A stretch of 64,000 nucleotides of DNA from assembly GCF_009914755.1 (NCBI RefSeq), contig NC_060926.1. The stretch is one strand, 5' to 3'. The stretch is from the human T2T-CHM13v2.0 reference genome, Homo sapiens. The notes below the pieces were generated by a model, which was not told where the DNA came from, did no database searches, and saw only the letters and a list, made by a program, of their open reading frames with translations. Position 1 is the first letter of the stretch; each line of letters begins with the position of its first letter. Of this stretch, positions 1 through 15,733 are shown piece by piece. The position numbers and the translations under genes were made by a program.

Positions 1-59
1 ACTTCACCCAGAGTCCCTCCCCTTCGGTGCCCTGGCTTCAGCCAGGCTGGTCCGCTCTC

Positions 60-425
60 ATCTCTTCTAACACATGGCTTTGCATACACTCGTCCCTCCT
101 AGAGCACTTTCACCCCGGCCTGCATGTCTCAGGGGTCCCTAGTCTGCCTCTGGACTTCCCTCCAACTGTCCCTTTCCCAGGGATCCTTCCTGGTCTCCCT
201 CCCTAAGTTAACTCTCCTTCTTACACTGCTTCCCAGCACTGCACACCCTTTCTCTCACATCAGCTATCGCAGCTATGGTTTTACATTTATTTCAGTGGTT
301 ATTTGATTAGAGTCTATCTTCTTCCCTGGATAGTAAGTTTCATGAGAGCCAAGGCTAGATAGCCCTAGGATCTAGCACAGAAACCAGCACGTAATAAACA
401 TGCCTCATATATTCCATGGATGAAA
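60..425 (+). mobile_element. L2 3' fragment
   Basis: GTAAGTTTCATGAGAGC..TCTAGCACAGAAACCAGCACGTAATAAAC. Confidence 0.7.
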
Positions 426-785
426 AATACAGGCACCCAGCCTAGTTAAAGGACATGAAGAGTCTGATGCTATTTTCTCAAATACAGTCCTATTCCACAT
501 GATGCACAGACAGAAGTCAGATCGCAGAATTACTGTGACTCAGCTGCAGTCATTCCCAATCAAAGTGGCCCTTTGTTCCAAGTCTCAGGTCCCCTAGGTG
601 TCAGATTATCCCACATAAGGCCAGGTTGAATCAGCCTTTGTCAGGAGAAAAGGGTCGTATAGTACAGACATATCCACAGTTGCCTGCCCAGTGGGCCATG
701 AAGCCTCCCCAAAATAAGAAACAATGAACTGAGCAGGCACCCCAAAAGTCATTCAACTGCTTCCTATCATTTAGCTACACGGGAA

Positions 786-818
786 ACACAACACAACACA
801 ACACAACACAACACACAC
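786..818. repeat. (ACACA)n microsatellite
   Basis: Direct reading. Confidence 0.9.
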
Positions 819-1423
819 CCATAACATTATCCCATGCATTCAGAAATATCCCTGCCTAACACAATACACTGATGGAAACACATTCCCCTTCCCAACGAAG
901 ACAGGTCAAGTTGATCCCAAGGCAAGGCCACGCCACCGCCACTCCAACGTCAGAACTCATCAGAGTCCAAGGTCCCTGGTGACCCTTCTGGGTTTCTCTT
1001 ACGATGATGCCTTGTGAGCTAAACAGTAAAGGTAACCACACAAACACTCTTGGATTTCAAGGGGGAGGAAAAGAAAGAGAAATGAGAACAAATATCTCCC
1101 CCTACAGGCTGGACCTCTAGAGAGGAGCTAGAGGAACTGAGGAATCCAGGAGAGGATTGGATGCTCATGAGGGGCACTGGTCTGGAGGCCAGCGTCTCAG
1201 CACATGGGGAGAGGGGAGCCACTCAGCATACCAGGAAAACATTTGAAAATCCTGATTTGACTGCCCCAGGATGACCCTCACTTCCCCCTTCCACGCCCAC
1301 CTCTCCCCAGCACTGTGTGTGGTATGTTCCAGGCCAGCCCTTCTCAGGCTCACATGTGTGGCTGGAGTCTCCAGGGATGGGCTGCTGGCTTGTTTACATG
1401 AAGCCGGGCCTCCAAAGGTTTGA

Positions 1424-1741
<318 letters not shown>

Positions 1742-4700
1742 GAGATTCCACTCTTCTAATGAGCTCCCAGGTGGTGTCTCTGCCCTGGCCCAAGGACCAC
1801 ACTTTGAATACAAGGTTCTAGGATTCATTAGACATTCGCATAGCTCTAAGTCAGGCTAAAAGTCAGCGAATAACTAACTGGCTACCAGTCCTGTTGGTTG
1901 GCTGTCTAGACTATGTAAGGCATAAATCCACAGACTTCACCCTGTCCTTGATGACTTGCATGAAATGGCTTTGACCTCCCTCCTGCATGCCCAGGGAACA
2001 GCTCCAAGTCCTCCCCAGATGCCTTTTAATTCGAGTCACTGATATTGCCAGGGGTGGCTCTTGCCCACACCTCACCTCATCTGACCCCATTGGGGACTGT
2101 CGTTCCTCTGCCTCACAACAAACCCAGGGCAGCTCCCAGCTGACCTGTCCCCAAACATCATCACACCAACGAATGCTAAGGTTTTGTTCGCAGCACACTT
2201 GGCCAAAGATTTGGAGTAAAGGGGTTTTGTTACATCAGGGGCCTTCACTGCCAGGGACATGTACCTTGACTTTTAGATGCCCCTGTTCTCAAGAATCCCA
2301 TCAGCTCTGTAAGAAAAGATGTTTGCTCACCTCCACAGGCCTCTCCTTCCCATCTCCACCCTCAATTACTCATTTCTTCATGCAAAATGGGGTACTTTTA
2401 TCTCCATTTATGGTTTTCTTCCAAACTATGCCTTTCATCCCAAGGAGGAATTTTGCTTAAAAAGAAAACAGCATATACTCCAAAGAGAATTTACACTGTT
2501 CTCTTAACCACAACACATTGCAGTTGAGGTCTGCATTAAAACTTTTTGTTTTCCTCTGCACAACACCTGGGTTAGACTGAGCCATGGAGAATCACTTATT
2601 CCACCGAGTCTTAGCAGCTGGCCTGGGACAGCTACAGGGGTTCACACAATCCACGGCACACCATGACCTTCCTACCTGCTTTCCCAGAAATCGACTTTCA
2701 TGATCATTTCAACATTAGTCCCTTGTAGCAAAATTAGAGCAGCAAGTCTGATGAATTGAAGGGAAAAGAATAATCCAGGCCATTCATTAATTGGAATGAT
2801 CCATGCCACCCCATCTTTCAACAGCATGGATAACTGAAAGTTGACTGTACTGTTAAATTAACATCAATGTTAAGCTTTCACTGTAATAAAACCTGCATTA
2901 CATTATTCTTTAGGGCCAAGGCATAAATCCCTTGGTGGCTCATGAGTCAACACAACCAAGCCCAGGAGCTGGCTTTCGTACGCATGCAGCCAGCCCATGG
3001 AGGAGCCACACTAGCAGTCCTTATAACAAGAAGCCATCGTATTTTTATTCCAAAAGTCCTGGACCAAAAATCAGAAAGCAAAGCAGAAAGCATCTGAAAA
3101 GAAATGTACCATTTGGTTTGCCTCCAAACACACTTGTAAAGACACACGCCCTTCTGTTTCTGTATTTTCCCCTTCAGATTTATGACGTACACAAACAGCG
3201 AGAAGACAAACGTCCCCATTAAAACAAATTAATCCTGTAATAACAAAAATTATAATAAAACAATTGAGAGGAAGCTCACAGGTAGCAGGTATCCTCCAGG
3301 TGCTGGATAACCCTCCATGATGGCAGGTGTCCTGGAACATTACAGCCGTCGGAAAATAAAACTTGAGAGGGGTGGGTGCAGAGAGTCCTGGTTCATGTGC
3401 GTCTCCACAAGGATGGATGCTTGCTACTCCAAGTGTATCTGGACTCTGTGCCTGATCATGATGTGCAACTCGAAAATGCGTTTCCTTTTAGTTTTTTTCC
3501 CTTTGAACAAACAAAACCGGAACATAGGCATTAATGCAATTGAGCCCCTTTATAAGAATCCCAGCTGCCAAATGAGAATGGAACATTGTCAGAATGACAG
3601 GAATCGGGCCCAGGAAGAACTGGGGCCCTGAAGCAAGGGGGCAGCTCAAAGGTGGCACTCCTGACACAAGGACACCATGCCACAGTTGCACCAGCAAATG
3701 CACTTTAGAGGGAGAGGAGAAGAAGAGCAGGGAGAGAGCAGAGAGATCATCCCAGAGTATGGAAAACTCACAAGATTTGACCCCAACCGAAGGAGCAAGT
3801 ATAGCCTAACCAGGACTTGAGTCTCAGAACACGTTTTGCAAAATGAGTGATATGGCATGGCTCAGTCCCTGCCTGATCAGGAGCAGAGACTGTGCAGAGG
3901 GGGAGCTGCTGTGAGAAGTCACGGTCGGAGTGTGGATGGAAGCACCCCTCGGTCTAACTGTCCTCAGCCATGAAGCTAAGCTGCTGGCTTTCCTCCCTAG
4001 TCCTCACCACCCCCAAGGCAAGGGGGACGTATCCCATTTGGAGAGTGTTTCTAAGGGATATTAGTGCCCAATCTCATTCAATCTATGCAAAAGCTGCAGG
4101 TGGGGCTGGGTGGTGGCGTGGTCACCCCTACTTTACAGCCAAGCACACACTACAAATAGGAGTAGTTACAGCAGAGAGATGCCTCCTATTCAGGTCTTCT
4201 AAACCCCAAACACACAGCAACCAGTCCCTTCAGCTGATTATGATATCACCAAGACCTACACACCCAGAAAGCTTGTACAATTTCCATGAAAGAAAAGAAA
4301 CAACAAGAGAGCACCCTTTATAGTTTCCACATGATGGTCAGTAGACATTGGAACTAATTCAACAAATCTTGAAACATTAGAGGAAAGCTCTTTGCCCTTT
4401 ACTCAGCGTTTTGATGATAAAATGCAAAATCAACATCGATTAACTAAATATTATGTTAACTTTATGCTGCAAATAATCACTGACTTCTGTTCTTATCTTT
4501 GTTTCTAAGCAAAGGATAATGCTAATTATCATTATTATTATTATTAATGAGAATTGAGTGCTTTGTATTCACAAAGATACTTGGTCAATAGCTTTTCAAG
4601 GATTCTTTTAAAGGAAAAAACAAAAGCAAAAATCTTGGAACTGTGTTTCAAACGTTAAAGCTAAAGTAAGATATTTAAGATATACAACCAATTTATTTCT

Positions 4701-4991
4701 ACTTTGACTTATGATTTTTCCTAGGTATACAGGGATGGTTCAATATAAAAAATATGTATCAGTGGAATTCACCACATTAACAGATTTAAGGGAAAAAGTT
4801 ATAAGGTTAGCTCATTCGATGCAGAAAAAGCATTCAATAAATTTCAAAATTCCTTTAAGATTAAGAAAAAAAGCTTCTGAGCAATATATAAGAATTTCTT
4901 CAGCTACGGATATAGTATTTAGCCAAACTTTCCACAATATCATCCTAAATAGTGCAAACTGACCTCCTTCCCATCAATATCAGTAACAAAG

Positions 4992-5358
4992 TATATTAGT
5001 CCATTCTCAGGCTGCTGATAAAGACATACCTAAGACTGGGCACTTTATTTAAAAAAAAAAAAAAAGAGGTTTAATGGTCTCACAAATCCACATGTCTGGG
5101 GAGGCCTCACTATCATGGCAGAAGGTGAAAGACACATCTCACATGGCGTCAAGCAAGAGAGAATGAGAGCCAGGCAAAAGGGGTTTCCCCTTATAAAACC
5201 ATCAGATCTCATGAGACGTATTCACTACCACAAGAACAGTATGGGGGAAACCATCCCCGTGATTCAATTATCTCCCTCCTTCCTCCCACAACATGTAGGA
5301 GTTACAGAAGCTACAATTCAAGATGACATTTGGGTGGGGACACAGCCCAACCATGTCA
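4992..5358 (-). mobile_element. THE1 (THE1B-like) solo LTR
   Basis: Consensus match; perfect TSD CAAAG; inserted in an old L1. Confidence 0.95.
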
Positions 5359-5513
5359 CAAAGCAATAGTCCCTACAGATGCCACTGCTACTCACGAGAT
5401 GGGTGGGAAACATTGACCCTAAAGCCAAACTATCAGGATTTCAAACCTAGCTGGGCTCTTACTATTGTGTCATCTCAGGCAAGATTTAAATTCTGTGCAC
5501 CTCAGTTGCTTAC

Positions 5514-5961
5514 TGGCAGACTCTCTCCACACCAAACTTCAGTCAAGCTCCTCTGAGCCCTCTTTTCAATTGAGCCTCATCCTTGGGCCCTGCCTTTAGC
5601 CCACCTCTTCCAGTCATAGCAAGAATTCCACTAAGTCAGTTTATTGGGAATCCTTGCCTTGATATCTGATCACCCTCCATATGTGATCAGTTCCTCATCT
5701 TCCACCTGTGATGTCTGAGTCTTCCACCTACCTTCAGCAAGAATCCCCTACCCTCGATGTCTCCTCTTAGTCATTTTCTATCTACGCTCCACCCCACTCC
5801 CACTCTGCTCCTTGGCCATAAAGCCCCAAATGTCTTGCTGTATTCACGGTTGAGCCCTATCTCTCTCCCAATTGCCACAGTCTTGACACCTATTTGTATC
5901 ACCCCAAATAAAGCCTTCTTTACTGTTTTAACAAATGTCTGAATTATTTTTTTCTTTACCA
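5514..5961 (+). mobile_element. MER31-like (ERV1) solo LTR inserted in a MIR
   Basis: GACTCTCTCC..ACCAAACTTCAGTCAAGCTCCTCTGAGCCCTC start, repeated GCAAGAAT motifs, AATAAA near the end; MIR halves on both sides. Confidence 0.8.
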
Positions 5962-6239
5962 CTACCAATAAAATAGGAATAATAATACAACATACCTCAT
6001 AGAGTTGTCACAAGGATGAAAAGAGTTAATGCATGCAAAGTGTTGAGAAGAGTATCTAGCACTTAAAAAAACCTCTATAAACATTAATAATTATTATCGC
6101 ACAGTTATACATAAAAATATAAATGAGTGGAAAGCAATCGAGAAAAATGTTAGAAAAAGTATGAGAAAACCACAAATAAATTATTAAATATAAAGTTGCT
6201 GGAACACAAAACCAGTTTTAAAAATCAATAGCAGTAATA

Positions 6240-6540
<301 letters not shown>

Positions 6541-8019
6541 AAAATCAATAGCAGTAAAAAACAAACACTATTTTTAAGTTAAACAAAATAAAATAATGTT
6601 TAAGTAACAACATAAAAATTCTTCAGTAGCAACAAACTATAAGTTGCCTGGAAATAACCTAACAAAAAATGGGTAAGACATTTATGAGGAACAATAGAGA
6701 GCATTTTTCAAACGCATGAAGACAAAGTAAGTTGATAAGTGTACGTTTACATGTGGAAAGACTCAATAATCTATGCAATTCTCTCAAAATAATCTATAAA
6801 TTCAATACTATTGCAATCAAAATCTTAATATTGCTTTTCTCAGCGCAAGCAGAACCATAGCAATGTTTGCTACGTTTACTCTCAGGTATCAAGATTACTA
6901 TAAAGCTATAGTACCTGAATTGCTCATCATTGATATAGATATGGTATACTAAACCAATGATACAAAATAGAGAACCCCAAAGCAGACTTACCTAAAGTAA
7001 AAAGTATAATACTTTAAATGAGATAGTTAACATTCACGGAGTATTAGTGCCAGGTTCTGCATGAAGGGATCAAAGTTCAGTATTGCTCGTTTAATACTCA
7101 AAAAGTAGTTACTCATAGTTTCTCCTTTTACAAGCGCAGGGAACTGGGGCAGAGATGCAGAGAGTGTGTGTAAGCAGTCAAAGATGGCACACTCACCTCC
7201 TCATCAGTCATGGAGCCGGATTTTGGAGCCAGGCTGTATGCCTCCATGACCGCTGCTGTACTATGTCTTTTAGAAACATGGTACTTTATGGAAGCAGCCT
7301 TAAAATTCAGTGGGTAAAAACTAGAATATTCATTAAATTGTGATGAACAATTGGCTAACCATATCTAACACACACACACACACATTCCAGAATGATTAGA
7401 CCTCAATTTAGAAAGTAAAATTTTAGAAGATTTAATTGAATGCCTTCATAGAGTTGGGAAGAGCTTTTCTAAACAAGTTAACATTTTAGAAAAAGATTGA
7501 TAAACTTAGCTACATTAAAATTTCAAATTTTTCTACTGTCTCTCACACTTGTGCACGAAGATTTAGGCACATAGATGTTCCCTGCAGTGAATTTTACCAT
7601 TAAATGCCTAACAACAGGAAAATGATTAACTACGTTGTCCTATGTTTATATAATGATAGTTATTAAAGTGAATGAAGCCAATCTATGTACATTAACATGT
7701 ATACACTTCAAATATAATTCTAAAAACATCAAGTGCCAGAAACCTCGAATACAAAACACTTATGTAAAGTGTAAAAACATATCACACAATGCCATCTATC
7801 CTTGGTGAGAGCTGGGGACAGGATTAAGGAGGAAAAAGTAGAAGACTTCACAAGCATGTGATCATTTCTTTGTTTTAAAAGATAATGATATAAAATAAAA
7901 TGTTAACAACATTAAATCTAGGTGATAAATACCTGGATGCTCATTTTATCACTCTCTGTATATTTTGGAAGGTTTTAAATTATTGCTAATAAAAGTAGTT
8001 ACTAAAACTTAGCTCTTGG

Positions 8020-9900
<1,881 letters not shown>

Positions 9901-9902
9901 TT

Positions 9903-10320
9903 CATCTCTGAAGTTATGATGGGCCTTCAGATTTGTTCCAAGCTGAGACAAGGACTGGTCCTTTGCATTCCTGTATCAGCCAGGAATTGAACATGACCCA
10001 ACCTCCAGAAGGTGACTGACCCTTGAGTAAGGCAGTTCCCTATGGCTGAGGGCAATTCCCAGAGCAAAAGGCAAGCCACCCCCAGCTCCTGTCTGTCACA
10101 ACTCAACAATGGATGTGTTGGCCCTGAAGAAAGATCTGGGGAGAGCACCGCAGTCTCCTCTATAGTCCATCCTCCTTTACATTCACTTGCTTCTTCTAAT
10201 AAGTGTGCCCCATCAGGGAACAGCTCTGCCAGGATCATGGATGGACTGATTACCTGGGAAATTTACAAGAGAAGATTAGATGAATAAATTTCAACCACCA
10301 CTGCTGCAATTGATCTCAAG
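9903..10320 (-). repeat. Local duplicate of 12816-13240 (ERVL 3' internal end plus part of the LTR)
   Basis: Colinear, roughly 75-80% identical by eye, with long exact blocks (CAATGGATGTGTTGGCCCTGAAGAAAGATCTGGGGA; TTACCTGGGAAATTTACAAG; TTGATCTCAAG). Confidence 0.9.
9927..10253 (-). CDS. Candidate alternative terminal exon (paralogue of exon 4): VISPSMILAELFPDGAHLLEEASECKGGWTIE...SLEQI*, 108 aa
   Basis: Duplicated acceptor TCTAATCTTCTCTTGTAAATTTCCCAG|GTA at 10254/10253; same phase as exon 4; TGG where exon 4 has TGA; open to 9927 (ORF track 9927..10238). Confidence 0.35.
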   Translation of the reverse strand, partial: VISPSMILAELFPDGAHLLEEASECKGGWTIEETAVLSPDLSSGPTHPLLSCDRQELGVACLLLWELPSAIGNCLTQGSVTFWRLGHVQFLADTGMQRTSPCLSLEQI

Positions 10321-11300
10321 TATGGAATGTGCGTAGGAAGATATGGGTGAAAAGATGAAGTCGTTACCTGGGTGCCTCTGTCTGCTTAGGGACATGAGAT
10401 GGAGGAGAAAGGAAGGGAAGGGAAGGGGTTTAGGAAGTTGGAGGGGATCCAAGAAGTGAAGGTGTCATTTGGCAGAGCAGAAAAGTGTCCCACCATTTAT
10501 CAGGTAGAAGACCAAGGACAAGTTACTTAACTGCAGAGTTTCCATTTCCTCACCTTCCTACCAGTCCCATTCTTCAATGGTACATTTCTTGAGTGCAGAA
10601 TCCACTTCAAAACTGAAGCATCAATAGTCTAAGGTATAAGGACACTAAAATAAATCATGGGTTTTCTCTTATATTCCCTAGTAAAAAAACTTACAAATTC
10701 TCCCAAATATCATACCTTGTATTTTGAGGAAAACAAATCTTAAAGGGAAAGCCTGTTTCGCAAACTTGAACATCAGGAAGATGGTCCCAAAGAATTAATG
10801 AGTTCAACAACTCAAGGTTCTCTGGAAAAAGTTCAAAACATTAAAACTTAGTTTTCAGTGTAATGGTTATTAAAAGTCAACACGAAGCTTTCTCATCAGC
10901 TATATAAAACCTGTTATCATTTCTTAGCCTTTGTGGAATGCAAATCTACATTGCTAACTGTGTGTTTCCAGAGGAAAAGTCTGCTATCACTGCCTCCCCA
11001 TTTAATGAACTATTTTGTAACCATAAAAATGTGATTAGTTTATTTATATTTAATCAAAACACACTACAAAAACTTGATAAACTTACTCCTGAGAGCTTTG
11101 CATCATTGATGAAAAATTAGAAAAAAGTATTCAGCAACTTAATCTGATTTACCATCATAAATATTCAAATTTTACATATTTATTCCACAAAACAGTTGTT
11201 TAAGTGGCTTTAATTTATTTTCAATTTTATTGTCTCGACTGTATAATGCAAATCAATTGTTGAAATTGTTCGGAAACACCATCCAATAAATGTGAAACAG

Positions 11301-11322
11301 TCTCTCTCTCTCTCTCTCTCTC
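11301..11322. repeat. (TC)11 microsatellite
   Basis: Direct reading. Confidence 0.95.
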
Positions 11323-11489
11323 ATAAAGTGAACTAAAATGAACATGATGGAGCCTCAGGATCCCATAGTGCATCATGCCAATTTCAAAGTGTATATTTGC
11401 ACCATACCAATTAAATGAGTTCCCTGCATGTGCAGAGTGAGTAGATGCTAAAATTTCACCATTATCGAAATTTTCTTTGTTTAAAAAAT

Positions 11490-12125
11490 TACCTCTAGGA
11501 TTTCTGTTTCCAGTAACATGCAAGGCTGAGTATTTTGATCAAACACTAAAAATTCTGGATTAAAATGTTTTAAAATTCTTAAAAACATCTTTATTACATA
11601 ATAAGGAATTATCAGGTCAAAATCTAAGGGAAAGTTGGTAACGAGGAATAAGAGCAATGAAATAATTTCTGCCTTAAAAGCAAATCTGGTGAACTTTCAT
11701 TTTCACAGCCTTTATGAAAAAGCCCAGGTCCCATTAAAAAGTAGAGAGTCCAATAGGAGAGGCTTCTTCCATAAGTCTGGGATCCCAAAATATTATATCC
11801 TCATTGTAAGGGTATAGGGGAAGTAAATCCCACACCCAAAAACACACAGGGACCGCCTTGGTGCTGAGAAGACTGGACTAAGAGCAGGGGAAGGCTTTGA
11901 GAATTTACAATGAAAAATAGGCTTTCTACTCAAATCAATGCAAATTTGCATTAACTAAAACAAAACTCATAGCTTGAAGATTTTTGGTCTTTCTGGCAAA
12001 TATTACTACCAATAAAATGAAATTAGCTCTATGAATATCAGACAAAAATAAATTTTAAAGCAAAACATCCTTAGGGATAAAGAGAGTCATAGCCACAGCA
12101 TAATAATAAAAGAGTATTCACTGAG
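11490..12125 (+). mobile_element. Old L1 fragment (5' region and start of ORF2)
   Basis: AATATCAGACAAAAATAAATTTTAAAGCAAAA..AGGGATAAAGAGAGTCAT endonuclease-region pattern; left boundary uncertain. Confidence 0.55.
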
Positions 12126-12326
12126 AAACTTTTGTCCTAAGTTTCTTTTTTTGTTTTGTTTTATTTTGTTTTTGTTTAGTGAGGAGTCATTATTACTCTT
12201 GCTCATGATCGTTTTTTCTAGAACCTGACATATTCCATAAAGCCTAATATCCTAGAGGCCTAGGATGTTCTAAAATCCAGCTTACGGGAAACAGCCTGAA
12301 ATTGCATGAAAAAGGTTACTGAGAAG

Positions 12327-12710
12327 TGATATAGTTTAGCTGTGTCTCCACCCAAATCTTATCTTGAATTGTAGCTGGCATAATCCCCACACATCATAGG
12401 AGGATCTTAATGGGAGGTAACTGAATCATGGGGGCGGCTCTTTTTCATGCTGTTCTCATGACAGTGAATACATCTCAAGAGATCTGATGACTGTAGAGAT
12501 CTGATGATTGTATGAAGGGGAATTCCCTGCACACCCCCTCTTCCCTGCCACCATGTAAGTAAGACGTGACTTTGCTCCTCATTCGCCTTCTGCCATGATG
12601 GTGAGGCCTCCCCAGCCATGTGGAACTGTGAGTCCATTAAACCTCTTTCCTTTATAAATTACCCAGTCTAGGGCATGTCTTTATTAGCAGCATGACAACA
12701 GATTAATACA
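12327..12710 (+). mobile_element. THE1 (MaLR) solo LTR
   Basis: TGATAT...TAATACA termini; perfect 5-bp TSD AGAAG. Confidence 0.95.
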
Positions 12711-12844
12711 AGAAGTGTTGTCAAAGAAACCTCTTTAAGGAAGGAAGGCAGAGTTGGGCAGAGAGAGAAGACAACTCACCATAAGGTTGCAGGGGAGACC
12801 TCAGCCTTCTCCAAGCATCTCTGAAGCTGTGATGGGCCTTCAGA

Positions 12845-12850
12845 TTTATT
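12845..12850 (-). terminator. Candidate polyadenylation signal AATAAA for the minus-strand transcript
   Basis: TTTATT on plus, ~240 nt after the stop; the paralogous copy near 9932 reads TTTGTT. Confidence 0.35.
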
Positions 12851-13086
12851 CCAAGCTGAGACGAGGGCCAGGCCTTCATATTCCTGTGTCAACCAGTAAT
12901 TGAACATGGGCCTCCTCAAGGAGATGCCTTAACCCTGAATGAGTTCCCTACTGCTGAGAGCAATTCCCAGTGAGAGAGGTGAGCCACCCCTGACTGCTGT
13001 CTATCACAGCTGAGCAATGGATGTGTTGGCCCTGAAGAAAGATCTGGGGAAAGCATCAGAGATTTGGTCGTGAACTCCTCTACAGT

Positions 13087-13173
13087 TCACTCTGCTTTAA
13101 ATTCACTTGCTTCTTCTAGGAAGTGTGCCGCATCAGGGAACAGCTGTCCCAGGATTTTGGTTGAACTGGTTAC
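13087..13173 (-). CDS. Terminal coding exon 4 (VTSSTKILGQLFPDAAHFLEEASEFKAE*), from the 3' end of the ERVL internal region
   Basis: Acceptor TACTAATCTTCCCTTGTAAATTTCCCAG|GTA; phase 0; TGA at 13089-13087; minus-strand AATAAA downstream at 12845-12850 and 12680-12685. Confidence 0.65.
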   Translation of the reverse strand, partial: VTSSTKILGQLFPDAAHFLEEASEFKAE

Positions 13174-15615
13174 CTGGGAAATTTACAAGGGAAGATTAGT
13201 AGAATAAATTTCAACCCCCATTGCTGCAGTTGATCTCAAGGCTATAACCAATATTCATCATTGTCCTCCTCCACCCTTGGTTGGAGATTCCCCCCATCCT
13301 CAATTCGCACCTCTGCTGGTCTACGTAGCTTGCCTAGTGAGGCAGTCCAGACCATCATCTCTGAAGGGTCTGCACCTCTAGTTATCATTCCCTTTGCAAG
13401 CTATGACATCTGCACTTGGCCACTTGTAGTTAAAACTGAGCATGGGAGCACCAAGAGACACCCCGGTGCATCCTCTGAGCAACAATCAATTCTGCCCTGG
13501 CCCTGTGCATCCTCAGCCCCACTTCCCCTGGCCAGCTGTGCCCACCAGGATGATATCTCCCTTCCTTTATGGCTGATCCTTGTCATGAAGACTCTAAGTG
13601 ACAAAGTGGCTGGTGTAAATTAAAGTTCGTTGGGACTTTTGCTGTGTCCTCCTGCAGAGGCATCCTTGCTCTGCAAGCCAGGATCTCTACACCCACAGAA
13701 CCTCATATGTCAGAGAAAGAAAGCACACATTCCCTAAGTAGGTCACTGGGGGTGTTGCTAAGTACGGCTGCTCCTACTACTATTCTTTTCTTTGGTTCCA
13801 ACCTATTTGGGACACAGCAGCATTGACATAGTATGTGCACTGTCCTGGAGGACAGTGGCCCATCCTCATAGGATATCATCTCTAATCTGGGCCCTTAACT
13901 ATTTACAGAAGGCTCATCCACCTCTCTGTCAAGCTGGTAGCTTCTGGGTGACGTCATATGCGATGGGGAAACTGGAACCCATGGTTATGTGCCTACTGCT
14001 GAATTTCCATTGCGATAAAATGGGTTTCTTGACCTAAAGCACTGTTAGGTGGAACCCTGTGTTGGTGGATGGTGATGCTGGCGTAGGCCCTGCAGGCAGG
14101 AAAGATAAACTTATGCCAAGACTATCTGATGACCCAGGTCTAGAGGAGTCTCTATCCCCTGCATGGGAGAAAAGGTCCACAGAGCCAACTTGCTACCAAA
14201 TAGTTGATTAGTCTCTTTAAAAGACTAATATGGGGGCTTGGTGTTGCTAGTCTCTGCTGCCAACAGATTAGACATTCAGCAGCAGCAGCATGTAGAAGAG
14301 CCACGGAGAGTGGGAGCCTGTGCTGATGGGCTCTTGCACAGCCTCATTTCTGCAACTAGGGCATCCATTGTTCCTGCACTGGGTGAGACAATGACAGGCT
14401 CACTAATGTCCATCAGCCAAGTCGCCTATGTGGTTGTTTCTGCCCCTTCCACAGTGAGTGCTCTTTGCTGGTGATCACCATGTGATACCCAGATCTTCAC
14501 ACCCTGCACTCACCCTGATAGGTCCATCCACAGGCCCCTGCCCCAGACTTCCTTGTCTCTTGTGTTCCAATCTTTCTCTTTTTCTAACATCCTACTGCCC
14601 ATGAGCCTTGCCATAAATGTCACAGGGCACATATGCTTACCTCAGGCCACCTCACTTTCCCTACACAGTGGATGACCAGAGGACCTCCCCAGATGGAAGT
14701 GCATCAGAAGACTTCCCCTCACTGCTGTCTCCCAGGGCCATCCCTGAGTGTTGCTGCCTGCAATCCATATTAAATGCACATGCGCCAATGAATCAAGCCA
14801 TCCTGGCCTGAGAGAAGGCGATCAGTGTAAGCAGATGGAGAAAGAGCAGAACAAGAGTGGTGGATGACCTGAGGGCCAAGCAAACCATTTGTGCAACTTC
14901 CTTGTTCTCTCTGGCCCTGCTCATGTTCAGTCCTAGATATCCTACTTCCCCTTCTGTTGGGCCCACCCAAGTGTATAAGCAATTGAGTCTGACAGAAACC
15001 AGCCCAGCCATGTGGTTACTCAACCTCGCATGATGAAATGCTTCATCTCTATCAGGGCTGAGAAGCACACCAGGAGCCACTTCTCAAATGATGTATTCTT
15101 TGGTGCTGATGGCATGGCCTTTCTCCAGAATGCCAGGAGTGCAGTGATTATCCCAGGGCTTGCCATGAGCTCCACATGATGTCCCTTCCATACCTCTGTG
15201 ATGTATCATACGTGCATGCAGTGCCGTCAAGTTCTGCCACACCACACCATAAATGCCACAGAGTACCATACAGTTGTCCAGGTCGTATGGCACAAATGAC
15301 AAGGTTACTTTCACCATCATCACCTGGACCTACTGAGAATGCTTTTCTTTCTGGGTCCCAATCAAAGATGACAGCCTTCCACACCACCCAGAAAATGGGT
15401 TCAAAATGTGTTCACGAGGGCCAACTATGCTTCCTCCAGAAGCTAAAGAGGCACCTCAGCACTGTGCTACCTCTTTAATGGGAGGAGGTATGAAATGCAA
15501 TCTCTCTTTACTTTGGAGGGACTCTCCTGTTAAGTCCCTAAAAACTCCACCAATGTGGAAGGCCTCTAAGTCTTCACAGGGCTGACCTCCCAGCCTCGCT
15601 ATGCATGTGGCTTAC

Positions 15616-15733
15616 CAAGACCTCCAATCCACTTGCCACTGCTTGCTTATCTGGTCCAATGAGCATGCCACATCGAAGTCGTGGGTAAAAGTGGTAGTCT
15701 ATGGAATGTCCAGATAGGGCAGGTGACTTCAGA
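15616..15733 (-). CDS. Coding exon 3 (LKSPALSGHSIDYHFYPRLRCGMLIGPDKQAVASGLEVL), exonised ERVL pol/RT
   Basis: Branch point CTAAC, tract TTTTGTTGTTTTTT and AG; 118 nt (1+117); donor TTG|GTAAGC. MLIGPDKQAVASGLEVL resembles the ERVL RT segment following the YIDD motif (IMLIGPSEQEVAxTLxxLV). Confidence 0.7.

Larger units (their letters stand above)
12266..13084 (-). mobile_element. 3' LTR of the provirus (LTR16 family), split by a THE1 insertion
   Basis: Homologous to 18277-18687; starts TGTAGAGG on minus, directly after a polypurine-tract remnant. Left boundary approximate. Confidence 0.75.

Noticed and set aside
12600-12625. PRDM9 hotspot motif in THE1 LTRs
   Set aside because: The copies read CCTCCCCAGCCATG or variants, not the active CCTCCCTNNCCAC form.
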